64,000 nt of DNA from Selaginella moellendorffii (GCF_000143415.4 NW_003314261.1:5668360-5732359), one strand, 5' to 3'; positions 21,783-34,788 are shown, numbered from the stretch's first letter. The notes: generated by a model from the letters alone, not told the origin. Made by a program: numbers and translations.

Positions 21783-24596
21783 TAAACCTGTTTCCCAAGA
21801 GTGTCAGGTACATGAACTGCTGCTGAGAGTTGATGATTTAGGGCACTAGAGCATGATGAGAAAGAGATTGAGTCAATGGCACACTCTCCACCAACAAAAC
21901 ACATGGAAAGAGGGTGTTAGATATACAAAGGGAGAAGATTTTTCACAGTTTTCTAGAAAAAATTTTAAAAAGAAATTCTCAGTAGAATTTGATTAATAAA
22001 AACCTAAACATTATATTGAAATGACTAGTTTGATTACTCATAAATCACTTTAACCATATCTAGAGTTATTGGGGCTTAACAAGGGAAGATCAGCAATCAA
22101 AGGTACTGTAGCTAGCTATTGCTCCAAGGATATATCTAGCTTCTATATATAAATAGATTATATATTCAATTAAAAAATAATTATGATCATTCTTACTTAG
22201 TTCTCAAATTGTCACTATTTCTAATAAAAACCTCCTCATTAGATCCAATTGCATTGTCTAGGCACACTGAAGTTGCAATGAACTCCTACCATTGGAGAAG
22301 GGAGAAAAAGACAAGCTCGAGGATTCAAGCTTAGGAAAGTAAACTTGAGAGGTTCAAGGTTAGGACTGTATTCCTAACCTTGACGTATGAATTCCTAAGT
22401 ATATAAAAGCCAGGCAAACAACATAATCAGATGCATCTACTTGTACAATGAATTCCTGTGTCCAGTCTGGTTGAACCAGTATGGGGGCTTTTGTAAGCTT
22501 ATCCTTAAGTGTGTCAAAGGTTGGAGAGTAAGAAGAAAATTACAACAATGTTGTTCCCGTATATTGAGGCTTTGTCAGTCAACAATGATAGAGTATTGGT
22601 GATTGTCCCTCACGCCCAGGTGAGGGCAATGAAGGAGAAGCATGACCATAGCGACGGGAGTGAGGCACAGGAAAAAGAGGATGAGGAGCAAGACGACCAA
22701 GAAGAGGCATAGGACTGTATTCCTAACCTTGATGTGAGCAATAGCGACTATAAAAGTAGAACTTAGAATGTTTTTAGACTTATCCCTAATACAAAATACA
22801 TTGCAATACATCGTCATTCTGCCTAGGCTGAATTATATCATGTGGATCCATAGTGAATACCACATCATAAAAGCCATTGAAAATATAGAAGGTATTTTTA
22901 TTCACATAACAAAGAAAGCTCTCACCTTTTTTTATTTTTTGCATATAGATCTCATCAATGACAATGACCACTTGGAGCCATTTCTTAATGCCATGAGCTT
23001 GGGAGCATATGTTGAGAATTTTATCATTGTTGAAAAATATCCACAACTAGACAAATTTGCCTTGCACTTAATAATTCCTAAATAAAACCTCATAAGCAAC
23101 AATCATTTGTCTTGCTGCCTTATGGGGCATCTCTCACCAATTATTGCAAATGTGACTTTGGGTATTAAAAGATAGTTGCTAAGTTGAGGCTAACTTATAA
23201 TAGCTTCTAAGAAAGCATTTGAGTGCAATGTTGCAAAATAACTGAGAGAACAAGAAAAATAAGATGCTAAAGAAGCAAAACTTTTTGAAAACCAAAGTAA
23301 ACAATATGAAAATAAAAACAATGCTAGAAAGCAAACAAGCAACTAAACTCAAATATAATCAAAAGTAACTCAAATGGCANNNNNNNNNNNNNNNNNNNNN
23401 NNNNNNNNNNNNNNNNNNNNNNNNNNNNNNNNNNNNNNNNNNNNNNNNNNNNNNNNNNNNNNNNNNNNNNNNNNNNNNNTTTGTCGATTTGAATGCTTTC
23501 GTCTTGAGTGTGTATCTTTGGCAGTGGAATTTCCTGCGTGTGATCCTCTGGGTTTTCTTTGACATGGGGTGGTTCCTCCAGCGTGTTCTCATGCTCCACA
23601 AGTCCTTGTTCCTTTGGAGTTTCCTTCTGGAATTCTCCTTGTTCGTCTTGAACTTCCACTCGTTTTTCCTGTGCCTCTTCTTGGTCGTCTTGCTCCTCAT
23701 CCTCTTTTTCCTGTGCCTCACTCCCGTCGCTATGGTCATGCTTCTCCTTCACTGCCCTCACCTGGGCGTGAGGGACGATCACCAATACTCTATCATTGTT
23801 GACTGACAAAGCCTCAATATACGGGAACAACATTGTTGTAATTTTCTTCTTACTCTCCAGCCTTTGACACACTTAAGGATAAGCTTACAAAAGCCCCCAT
23901 ACTGGTTCAACTAGACTGGACACAGGAATTCATTGTACAAGTAGATGCATCTGATTATGTTGTTTGCCTGGCTTTTATATACTTAGGAATTCATACGTCA
24001 AGGTTAGGAATACAGTCCTAACCTTGAACCTCTCAAGTTTACTTTCCTAAGCTTGAATCCTCGAGCTTGTCTTTTTCTCCCTTCTCCAATGGTAGGAGTT
24101 CATTGCAACTTCAGTGTGCCTAGACAATGCAATTGGATCTAATGAGGAGGTTTTTATTAGAAATAGTGACAATTTGAGAACTAAGTAAGAATGATCATAA
24201 TTATTTTTTAATTGAATATATAATCTATTTATATAGAAGCTAGATATATCCTTGGAGCAATAGCTAGCTATAGTACCTTTGATTGCTGATCTTCCCTTGT
24301 TAAGCCCCAATAACTCTAGATATGGTTAAAGTGATTTATGAGTAATCAAACTAGTCATTTCAATATAATGTTTAGGTTTTTATTAATCAAATTCTACTGA
24401 GAATTTCTTTTTAAAATTTTTTCTAGAAAACTGTGAAAAATCTTCTCCCTTTGTATATCTAACACCCTCTTTCCATGTGTTTTGTTGGTGGAGAGTGTGC
24501 CATTGACTCAATCTCTTTCTCATCATGCTCTAGTGCCCTAAATCATCAACTCTCAGCAGCAGTTCATGTACCTGACACTCTTGGGAAACAGGTTTA

Positions 24597-24884
24597 GTGG
24601 AAAGATCCCGGCTTTTTGGAAGACTCTCAGTGCTTGAGGGCCTAGACTTGACAAGGAACAGACTATCTGACTCAATTCCGGAGACTCTCATCAATCTTAC
24701 TAAGCTGGGATACTTCAACGTTTCCTACAACAATCTCTCAGGAACAATCCCTATCCCTCAAGCCCAAGTGTATATAAAAGTAATGAAATATTTTGGGATC
24801 AAAATATTCCTAGCATCTAGGCAGCTACTTAACAAGAGTGTAACCAAGGTATTTGTAAGTGTCTTTAAGCAAGCAAGTCCATAG
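24597..24884 (+). pseudogene. Plant extracellular LRR gene fragment (mirror copy)
   Basis: Same two LRRs, with 24 bp extra at ~24798-24821. Confidence 0.75.
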
Positions 24885-25310
24885 CCATGTTGCTAGGCTG
24901 TTCTTCTAGCAACTTGGTGGTCTACAAGGTGAAACAAGAGCATACATGCTGCTAGAACTTGCAATGGCAAGCTTTCTGATCAATCTCTATGCAAGTAAGA
25001 AGGTATTAATTTTTTCTTTGTTGAATAATCTTTGTACAAAACTTTAGAATTAGGTTTTCAGAGTTTCTATTCCTATTTAAAAATATTCACAACATCTTTT
25101 GTTGGTGTCCAATATTAGTTTATCAATTCTAATGACAAGTGGCAAAATTATCAATTAAGAGTAAATTACACACAAATGGCTTGATTTAATAAAGTGCCAG
25201 CAGGCTTAATTTGATTTTAATCCATTTGGCATTAGTTTATAAGATAAAAATTGAATATATAGAAGTAGAATCATCTTTCAAATTTATTTAATCATTAATA
25301 AATCTTCATT

Positions 25311-26276
25311 ATGAAAAATGTTTTCTTCTTTACTTTATTTTTTCTTTCATGCTTCATTGATACAGATTGTGATTTTAAAAATTGGTATAAATGTTACTCA
25401 GATTTAAAATGTAAAAAAAAATCATGCTTTCCAGGTAAATTTGATCACTAAGAAACATTAAGTACTATAGTGAAATAGGTGATGCAATTTTACAACTTGA
25501 TAATGGTAATAAAAAGCAACTAAAAGATATTTCTATTGGAGATAAGGTCAGTAAATAATAACTATTAGCTGTATAATATATAATTTTATATTTATATTAG
25601 GTGGCAGTTAGAACTAAATCTGGTGAGATAAGTTACTCTGATATATATGCTTTTGGGCATCAAGATCCTACAGCTTATGAGGAGTTTATTAATATAATTA
25701 TTCAAAATAACAAAAGTATTAAATTATCATCCTGGCATTTTATACCAACAATATCAAAAACAGGTAAAGCTTCTTAGTATTAATATTAATAAGATTTTTA
25801 TTTACCATATAGGCTCGTATATATATAAATATGCAAATGAGGTAACTAAAACAGATTTATTACTATCTTTAGATGGGAATTCAAATAATATTAAACCTTA
25901 TAATATAACAGGTAAAACTTTAAAATATATATACTTGTTTTAACTTTTTATATACTTAGGAATTCATACTTTAAAAAAATATGGACTTTATAACCCATTT
26001 CCATTATTTGGGGATTTGATTATTGATGATATTATAGCTTCACCTCATAGTGATTGGTTTTTAGATGATTTATTAAGGTGGTTTAAATTGAGTTTTTTAT
26101 TACCTTATATATACCAAATTATCTTATTTCCCATTCAGGTCTTATATCAAATTTTAAATACTAAATTTTATTTACTCCTTCACACTTTTATAACAAGCAA
26201 GGGATTAATAGTTCATCAAATTGTAGGTGCTGCAGTATTATATATGTTTATTTTGAAAACAAAAATAAGGAACTAA
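25311..26276 (+). CDS. Hog/Hint-domain (Hedgehog-like autoprocessing) secreted precursor, 5 exons, 256 aa; copy 2
   Basis: Exons 25311-25434, 25479-25546, 25601-25763, 25813-25911, 25960-26276, with GT-AG introns of 44, 54, 49 and 48 nt, give 771 nt open: MKNVFFFTLFFLSCFIDTDCDFKNWYKCYSDLKCKKKS-CFPGDAILQLDNGNKKQLKDISIGDKV...YSDIYAFGHQD...KLSSWHFI...YGLYNPFPLFGDLIIDDIIASPHS plus a hydrophobic tail. Confidence 0.9.
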
Positions 26277-28619
26277 CAACTTCAAAAGAAAAAGTTATAC
26301 AGTATTATATTTAAATAATTTATTTTGCTTTGGAAAGCTAGAAAAAAAGAGAATAATATTTAGAAATAATTACAATAGTTTCTTTCTTTCTAATAGTAAT
26401 ATTATTTCTGATGAGATATAATTTAAGAAATATTCTTTTGTCAAAGGGTGTATCAGTGATCACCCTAGCTGGTGGAGCAGTTGATAAACTTAATAATGCA
26501 GCCATAAGTGCAGCAAAAGGTACTAGATACATTTGCCTTGACTTGATTGCAAGTGCCCCCCTCCACACACACTACATCACAGTTTATTGCTTTCCAATCT
26601 CCTCCCAACTCAGTCTAATTCCTCCCTCACTCTCTCATTATGCTTTTTTTTATCATTCCTTTCTTTTTTCCATGGTTTTCTTCCTATATTTTTCCTTTTT
26701 TTCTTTTAGTATTCCTTGCTCTTAACTCTGTTAAACCAAACTCACACTCTCATAAACCCAAGAGCAATTTTGATAGTTTTTTTTTCTATCCAGTACTCTT
26801 CATTTTTTCTTTGTATTCACTTTTTAATCCCTCTCCCTATCAATATTTTCTTAAATATTTAGATAGTCTAAAAGAAGGAAAATGCTATGCTACTTTTTTT
26901 AAAGCAATTGGTATGATCAAGTTGCATGTTGTTTGCTCATTGCAGTTATATTGATTTGAAGGGAAATTGTAATTAGTAAATTCCATTTATATATGGTTTT
27001 TTTAATATAGTGATGTTAATTAAAAAACTATATTATTAATATTCAATTATAGTATATTTAGTTCATCAAAAAAATTACATTAAATTATTTGTAATGTTTT
27101 TAAAAGTATTTTGAATTAATATCATCATGTCATTTATTTAAACCATCTTACCTCTTAACAAAGTATATATGATTCTGATGAAAATTAAAACTTATCTTGA
27201 GAGGTTTTTGATAATACTAATTATAGATCTCATCCTTTTAAGATTCTTAACAACAATAAGAAAGAAAAATTCAGATAGATTTAGATAGTCTGAAAGAAGG
27301 AAAATGCTATGCTACCTTGTTTAAAGCAATTGGTATGATCAAGTTGCATGTTGTTTGCTCATTGCAGTTATATTGATTTGAAGGGAAATTATAATTAGTA
27401 ATTTCCATTTATATATGGTTTTTTTCAATATATTGATATTAATTAAAAAACTATATTATTAATTTTCCATTATGGTATATTTAGTTCATCAAAAAAATTA
27501 CTTTAAATTATTTGTAATTTTTTAAAAAGTATTTTGAATTAATATTAACATGTCATTTATTTAAACCATCTTAACTCTTAACAAAGTTTATATGATACTG
27601 ATGAAAATTAAAACTTATCTTTAGAGGTTTTTGATAATACTAATTATAGATCTCATCCTTTTAAGATTCTTAACAACAATAAGAAAGAAAAATTCAAAGA
27701 ATCAAGAATAATATATTTCAAAATTATTGAGAACATAAATTTTAACTGTTAATTTCAGCCCATATAAATTGGATTTTTGGCAAGCTTGTATTGGCACTGC
27801 TAGCATCATGGCACTCTCTCTTGAAACTACACTATTATCACCATGGTGGCAGCTTCTTCTTATCTTAGGATCCAATTCCAGAGCACATGGCCATGGGTCA
27901 TGTTCCCATGGCCGTGTTCATGAACAATGTATACTGTTGCAAACACAGGCCCTGATCCTTCCCCACTATGATGCCTCTTTTCTCAAGATCTTTGTCTTCA
28001 CCAAAAGCTCTAGAGTGCTTTTATTTTATTTTCCAAGTGATGCATTAATGTCAAAAGTCTTTGTATGGCATAGTGCTACAGCCTATGGGTTTTTGTGACT
28101 CTCTTATTTTGTAACAACCCTCCACTTCTTGTTCTTGCTATCTTGGTTTTATTCTCAGCGGGAGCTGTTGGAGTAGCTTAGAGCCATGACAATAGACAAG
28201 CCATGGCCATGGCTTTTGTCACAGCTGCCTAGTGGCTGTGGCTATGCAACCATGACAAAAGCCTAGTAGTTATAACCATGCTACTGTGATGAAGCTTAGC
28301 ATAGCCCTTATTATTGTATATAAATATTTATTTTTATAAATCAATAGTACCGTAGATAATCGTCAACTTGAGCATTCATGCGTTCGGTCTGCCCATCAGT
28401 TTGAGGATGATAAGCCGTACTAAACTTCAACTTGGTACCAAACAACTGGAATAGGGTCTCCCAAAACTTCCCCGTAAACCTCGAATCTCTATCCGAGATC
28501 ATTTCTTCAGGAAGACCACGAACTCGCACTACTTCATGGAAAAAGAGCTTTGCTACTTGTTTCGCATTTACTGTTCCCACAGTTGGAATGAAGTGTGCAA
28601 TCTTTGACAACCGATCCAC

Positions 28620-31600
28620 AACCACCCAACTTTAGAGCCATGCGGGACTATCAAGTTTTGGAAGATTGGGTCTACGATATGGAAAATTATTTCATAGTGG
28701 CAGATGTAGATGATCGTACGAAAGTTGCGTGCGCGCAATCCTTTCTTACTGATCATGCCAAAACTTGGTGGCGCCAGGTATGTGCTGAAAAAGGGCAGAC
28801 TAGAAGTTGGACCAAGATGCGGTCTCGTATTCGTAAGGAATACTTGCCGAATGATCTTGGTCTAAGACTTTGCATGGAGCTGCGGTGGTTAAAGCAGCGA
28901 GGGGATCTCATGCATTACGTTAATGCGTTTGCTCAAAAGTGCGTTATGATTGCACATATGAGTGACGAAGATGCTCGGAGTTATTTTCTGGAGGGTTTAA
29001 GTTCACTTTCTTGCAATGAGATTTTGAAGTTTAAGCCGAAGACATACCTGGAGTGTAAGGAGGCAGCACAGCAAGTTGCCTTTAGTCACTCGCTCATGGA
29101 ACAATATTAGCAACCACAGGCTGGTAACTCGGATAAGAATAGAAATTCTGGGAATAAGCAAGGTGATCGGAAACAAAGGGTGGAAAGTAGGTACCACCTT
29201 GGAGGCTCACAAACTACGGTTAACAAAGGTGGTGGTGGTTCGAGACCACCAGCAACTTCTTCTGGTCCTAGGCCCTCTGTTCCTCCTCCTGGTGGGTACA
29301 AGCAGTAGCAACTTGCAAAACCTGCTCCTAGCGAAACGGGTAGCGTGGGTCATTGCTTCCATTGTGGAGAGTCGGGACATAGGTCCTCGGAATGTCCCAA
29401 CAAGCATAAGACAAGGTCTCGCATTAATGTTATGAGGGAAGACGGTGGTGGTGAAGCTGAAGGGGTTGACGAGTTGGTCAATGCAGACTATGAGGAAGAA
29501 GAGGTGAGTAACTTTCGTTTCTTTCCTCAAGCTTTTCTTGCAGTCAATGCAAACACTGATCCGTTGATGTATTTGGTAGGCTTTGTCCATGGACACTGAA
29601 TCCAAGTGATGATTGACATAGAAGCTACGCACAACGTGATATCCGAAGACTTAGTTAAGTTGTTAGGATTGAATGCTGAGCAAATGTCGCCTCTGATTTG
29701 CGGAAGGTGGGCAAGTAGCCAGAAAGTTTGTGAGTGATGTTCCAATAAAGATATCCAAGTGGAAAGAAAGAGTGGACTTGGTAGTGTTGAAGATACCAGA
29801 TTTTTAGATGGTGTTTGGTATGGATTTCTTCAACAAGTATATAAAAGGGATTTATGGTGCTGGACAAAGTTGTATCACGTTGAAGTCAGAAGGACATCCT
29901 GATGTATCCTTTCAGTTGCAAAAGCGTTCCTCAAAGGATTGGGATGCAAAGTTCCTGACTATGAGGTGTAAGCTCCTGGATTTGGACTTCCCGGGAGGTC
30001 ACCCAGCCCAGTATTATTCAAACCCAAGGATGCTTAACCCTAAATATCCCAAGACCCTAAACCGATTGGAAAAGGGGGTGTATTTTTATTCATGGGCCCT
30101 TTCCCTCTATACTTGAACCCCATGGACTGTCTCTCAAGTCGTTCTCTTTGGTTGCTTACAATCCACCACGCTTTCCTGCAAGTTCACACCCTCGTGAATG
30201 GAAGCTGAGAGCCGCAGCTCTCCCGAGAGCCTGCTCTCTTGACACCCTACCCCTCGGGTCGAGCCCAGCGGGAGCAAACTGGACCAGCCAGATGTCAATC
30301 AACATGTGGTGTAATTCCCCTAGCCAACCAACAGAGCCGCAGCTCTCCCGAGAGCCCCACTCTCTTGACACCCTACCCCTCGGGTCGAGCCTAGCGGGAG
30401 CAAACTGGACCAGCCAGATGTCAATCAACATGTGGTGTAATTCCCCTAGCCAACCAACAGAGCTGCAGCTCTCCTGAGAGCCCCGCTCTGTTGACACCCT
30501 ACCCTTCGGGTCGAGCTTAGCGGGAGCAAATTGGACCAGCCAGATGTCAATCAACATGTGGTGTAATTCCCCTAGCCAACCAATAGAGTCAAACTCGAGA
30601 CCCGCTCTGATACCAAATATAAGCTCCTGAGTTTGGACTTCCCAAGAGGTCACCCAACCTAGTACTATTCAAACCCAAGGATGCTTAACCCCAAATATCC
30701 CAAGACCCTTAACCGATTGGAAAAGGGGGTGCACTCTTGTTCATGGGCCCTTTCCCTCTATATTTGAACCCCATGGATCGTCTCTCAAGTCGTTCCCTTT
30801 GGTTGCTTACACGAGGGTCGCTCAAAAAGCAGCTAAGAAGGGATGTTGGACCTTTTGGGTTCAAGTGATGGAAGCTGAGGGTGTTGGTGACTCAGTTTGA
30901 ATTGGCGATGGGGTTGATCCTGTACTAAAGAGGATATTGGAGTTGTTGGTGAGGAATCAGGATATCTTTCTGAAGGATTTACCACTAGGGCTACCCCCTA
31001 GTCGTGAGGTTGATCATCGGATTGAAGTTATTCCAGGTTCTAAACCACCTACGAAAGCTTTATATCAGTTGAACATCAAGGAGATGGCTGAACTCAAGAA
31101 GCAACTCACGGAGCTTCTTGACAAAGGTCATATCTGACCAAGCAAGTCACCTTATGGAGTGCCGATCTTTTTTGTTATGAAGAAGGATGGAACCATGAGG
31201 ATGTGTATTGACTATCGAGCACTCAGCATGATCACGGTTAAAAATAGTTATCCTTTGCCTCGCATTGATGACTTGTTTAACCAATTCTTAAAGGCTAAGT
31301 ATTTTACGCGACTTGATTTGTGGTCCGGGTATCATTAGATACGGATGGTGGATCATGATGTGGAGAAGACAACCTTTAAAACTTGGTATGGATCTTATGA
31401 GTTCCTTGTCATGCTGTTTGGGTTATGCACTGCTCCAGCAACGTTCAGCACTATGATGGATAGAATATTCAGAGATTTTTTGGACGCATTTGTTGTCCTA
31501 TATATCGATGATGTTCTAGTCTTTAGTGAAACGTTGGAGGATCATTTGAAACACTTGGAGCTGGTGTTTCAGAAGTTGCGCGAACACAAACTATATGCTA

Positions 31601-32833
31601 AGGAAAGTAAATGCGCTTTTGGTCAATTGCACGTAAACTTTCTCAGACATATAGTTGGTGGTGGCGTGATTGAGGTCGATCCAAAGAAGGTGGAAGCGGT
31701 GAAGTCCTGGGAAGTCCCGACCATTGTATCAGATGTTCGTTCCTTTCTCGGTTTGGCGGGATATTATCACAAGTTTGTCCGCAATTTTGCAAGAATTGTT
31801 CTTTTGTTGACTAAGTTGACGAAGAGTAATATTCCATTTCATTGGACACCAGCTTATCAGCGTGCTTTTGTACGGTTGAAGAAGATCTTGACTATGGTTC
31901 CTGTTCTTAGGATCCCAGATCTTGATAAACCCTTCGAAGTGCATTGTGATGCATCTGGTTATGCTATTGGTGCCGTGTTACAGCAAGATTGTGATAAAGC
32001 TGTTGGTGTTACGCTAAAGTGACATGGTTGTCCCGTTGCGTTCTATTCCAAGAAATTAGATGAGACCCAATGAAGATGGCCAACGCATGAGAAAGAGATG
32101 TTTGCTATAGTGTCGGCCTTGGAACACTGGAGACACTACTTGGGTGGACATACCAAGGTTTATACAGATAGTAACACACTAAGCTACTTTGCTACGCAGC
32201 CTAAATTTACGCCAAAGCAAGCTCGTTGGCAAGAGAAGCTTGCTAGATATGATATTGAAATCATATATAAACTTGGTAAAGACAATATTGTTCCGGATGC
32301 ATTGAGTCGTCCAGCTCAGTTCAAGCAATATCGGCAATCAGTTTGGACTGGTCGGAGGACGTTCAGGCTTCATATAGAAGTGATCCATTGGCGAAGGCAA
32401 TCTTATGCTGTATGGGGTTGTTGAAGCAGAGCCCTGGTAGCGAAGCAACGAAAGTTGCTAGTCGCATTAATGCAAAGCTTCACTTCTCAATTCGGGATGG
32501 GCTTATATTCTATAAGCAAGAAAGATTGTATCTTCCTGCTAAGGATCTGCAATAGTTATTTCTACGGGAACATCATGATGTTCCAGCAGCAGGGCATGGT
32601 GGGAAGCAAAAGACTCTGGCTTCATTGAAAAAGGGATTTTTCTGGTCTGGTATGGAAGGTGATGTAGTGGATTATGTTTGTTTCTGCCTTATATGCTAGC
32701 AATGTAAGTGCAAAACTGAGAAGCAGGCTGGAAAGTTGCAATGCATTCCAGCACTGGCATGGCCATTTCAAAATGTGACACTTGATTTCGTCACTTGTTT
32801 GCTGAAGTCTAAGGGTTATGATGCTTTGATGGT
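28620..32833 (+). mobile_element. Gypsy gag-PR-RT-RH-integrase N-terminus (degenerate), internally inverted segment
   Basis: Gag, zinc knuckle, protease, RT (LYIDDVLV), RNase H (CDASGYAIGAVL) and start of integrase; many stops. Confidence 0.92.
29967..30811 (-). mobile_element. Cassandra-type TRIM with 3 x 126-bp internal repeat (mirror copy)
   Basis: LTRs 29967-30160 and 30618-30811; PBS on minus at 30604-30615. Confidence 0.92.
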
Positions 32834-33476
32834 CCAAACTCCGAGCCCATTGCGCTACGAGCGAGGGTCCGGTACAATCCCACGAGCACCAGCTCCTTGT
32901 ATCCAGCACTTGCATGCAAAATGGTGTGGAGGTTGGGCTTAGACCCAAGCCGGACATAGAACAAGGAGCGACACTGCCTAGTGGGAGCCAAACTAATGTC
33001 TATCCCTACTATACATTTGGAACCCCCCACAGCCCCCCCCCCCCCCCCCCCCACATGATATGCCAAATGAGCGAATCTAGACACTTTCCATAAATAGCAT
33101 ATGGGGACCGAAATGAGACCAACACTAAGGGCATGATAGCGAGGGTGTTTGGCAGACACGGTAAGCTATCATTTGGCGATATTGAGGGACTAGTCTCAAT
33201 ACGCGAGGGTTCTTGTCACTAGCCAGTGCAAGACATAACGAGACAGGAACTCCTTACCGGGCTAAGTATGCTTAGCTAATAATACATAGGAATTCCGTCC
33301 TTATTGCTCGTCCGGTCTAAGTACACTCAAAATGCCCAGTTAACTTCACTAGCACAAGAGGGGCTGCTAAAGGGATCCAACTGTACCAATCTCCTGCCGT
33401 CATGGCAGTAAGGAAAGAGTGTCTGTAAGGACTGGTCAACAAGTATCTTTCGATACCCGAAGTCACATTTGCGACA
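32833..33476 (-). mobile_element. Truncated Gypsy LTR (same family as 1847-2750)
   Basis: Aligns from ~1870 to the GTCACATTTGCGACA terminus, with internal deletions. Confidence 0.85.
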
Positions 33477-34788
33477 CTAGCACTACTAGACTCGGGTGCA
33501 ACTTCCTGCTTCAAGTTCATGGACACAGACTTTGCTGCTCGACATCATGTTCCTCTTTCTTCTACCATACGGGATCTGAGGGTTGAAGGCATTGGCGGGC
33601 ATTTTGTGTCTCCATCTTCTGGACTTAGGGAAACGTTGCTCGTTCGAGTACACATCGTGTCCTGCCAAAGTCAAGACTATTTTTGAATGGGAGGCTCCAC
33701 AATCAATATTGGACGTTCGGCAGGCCAGCAGGCCTTCGACACACTCAAGGCGGCCTTCAGTTCTGCTCCCGTCTTGATCCACGCTGATCCCTCACAACCT
33801 TTCTTCATTGAGGCTGACGTCTCCGACTTTGCCATCGGTGCTGTGCTGTCTCAACTCGGAGCGGATCACAAACTTCATCCGGTCACTTTCCATTCTCGGA
33901 AATTCCAGCCTATGGAGATCAATTACGAAATCCACGACAAGGAGCTCCTTGCCATCGTAGATTCCTTTGGAGAGTGGCGTCATTTCTTGGAGGGGGCGGG
34001 CCATCAAACAAGAGTCTTGACGGATCACAAAAATCTCGAGTACTTTGCCACTTTTGGAGTTTTGAGCCGTCATCAAGCAAGGTGGGCACAATTCCTGAGT
34101 TTGTTTGACTTTTTTATCAAGTACAGACCTGAAAAGCTTCAAGGCCTTCTTGATGCTCTTTCAAGGCACTCCTATCTTAGTCTCAGGCATGGTAATCCTG
34201 CCTTCAATCAACAGGATCAAGTTATCCTTGGTCCTGATCGGCTTCAAATTATGGCAATTTCCCTGGCCCCTCAAGACTCCTCCTTGATAGATGCGATCAG
34301 AAACGATCTTCAATCTGATGACCTTGCCAGCGACATTTTCCCCCATCTTCAGGCTGGACACCCAGTGACTTCCGACTGCCGGCGATTTGACAAGTTCGAG
34401 TTCTTAGATGGCTTGTTGTACCGTGGGGAGCAGCTTTACGTTCCTGAAGGTGATGCTCGAAGGTTGGTCCTAATGGCGTGCCACGATAGCCCGACTGCTG
34501 GTCACTTCGGCATCACAAAGACCTATGAGCTGGTTGCACGGGACTTTTGGTGGCCTCACATAGATGACTACATCAAAACTTTTGTTACCTCCTGTGACAC
34601 TTGCGCCCGAAATAAGGTACCTCGCCACCTTCCTTCAGGTTTGCTTCGTTCCCTCCCGGTCCCTTTAGATCCTTGGGAATCCATCTCCATGGATTTCTTG
34701 AGTGATCTTCTAAGTTCTTGAGGCTTCAACAGCATTTTAGTCGTGGTGGATCGCTTCACAAAGATGGCCCACTTCCTGCCGCACAAAT
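33477..34788 (+). mobile_element. Second Gypsy family: RT end, RNase H, integrase N-terminus
   Basis: EADVSDFAIGAVLSQ, YEIHDKELLAIV, HDSPTAGHFG...CDTC, VVDRFTKMAHF. Confidence 0.9.

Larger units (their letters stand above)
14936..31338. repeat. Giant inverted repeat: arms 14936-22714 and 23667-31338, spacer contains a 100-N gap (23380-23479)
   Basis: ORF track is mirrored (e.g. 20127-20387 / 26016-26276); arms differ by SNPs, a 24-bp indel and one 126-bp repeat unit. Confidence 0.95.

Noticed and set aside
25425-26051. Self-splicing intein
   Set aside because: No terminal His-Asn followed by Cys/Ser/Thr; the signal peptide and hydrophobic tail fit a Hog domain instead.
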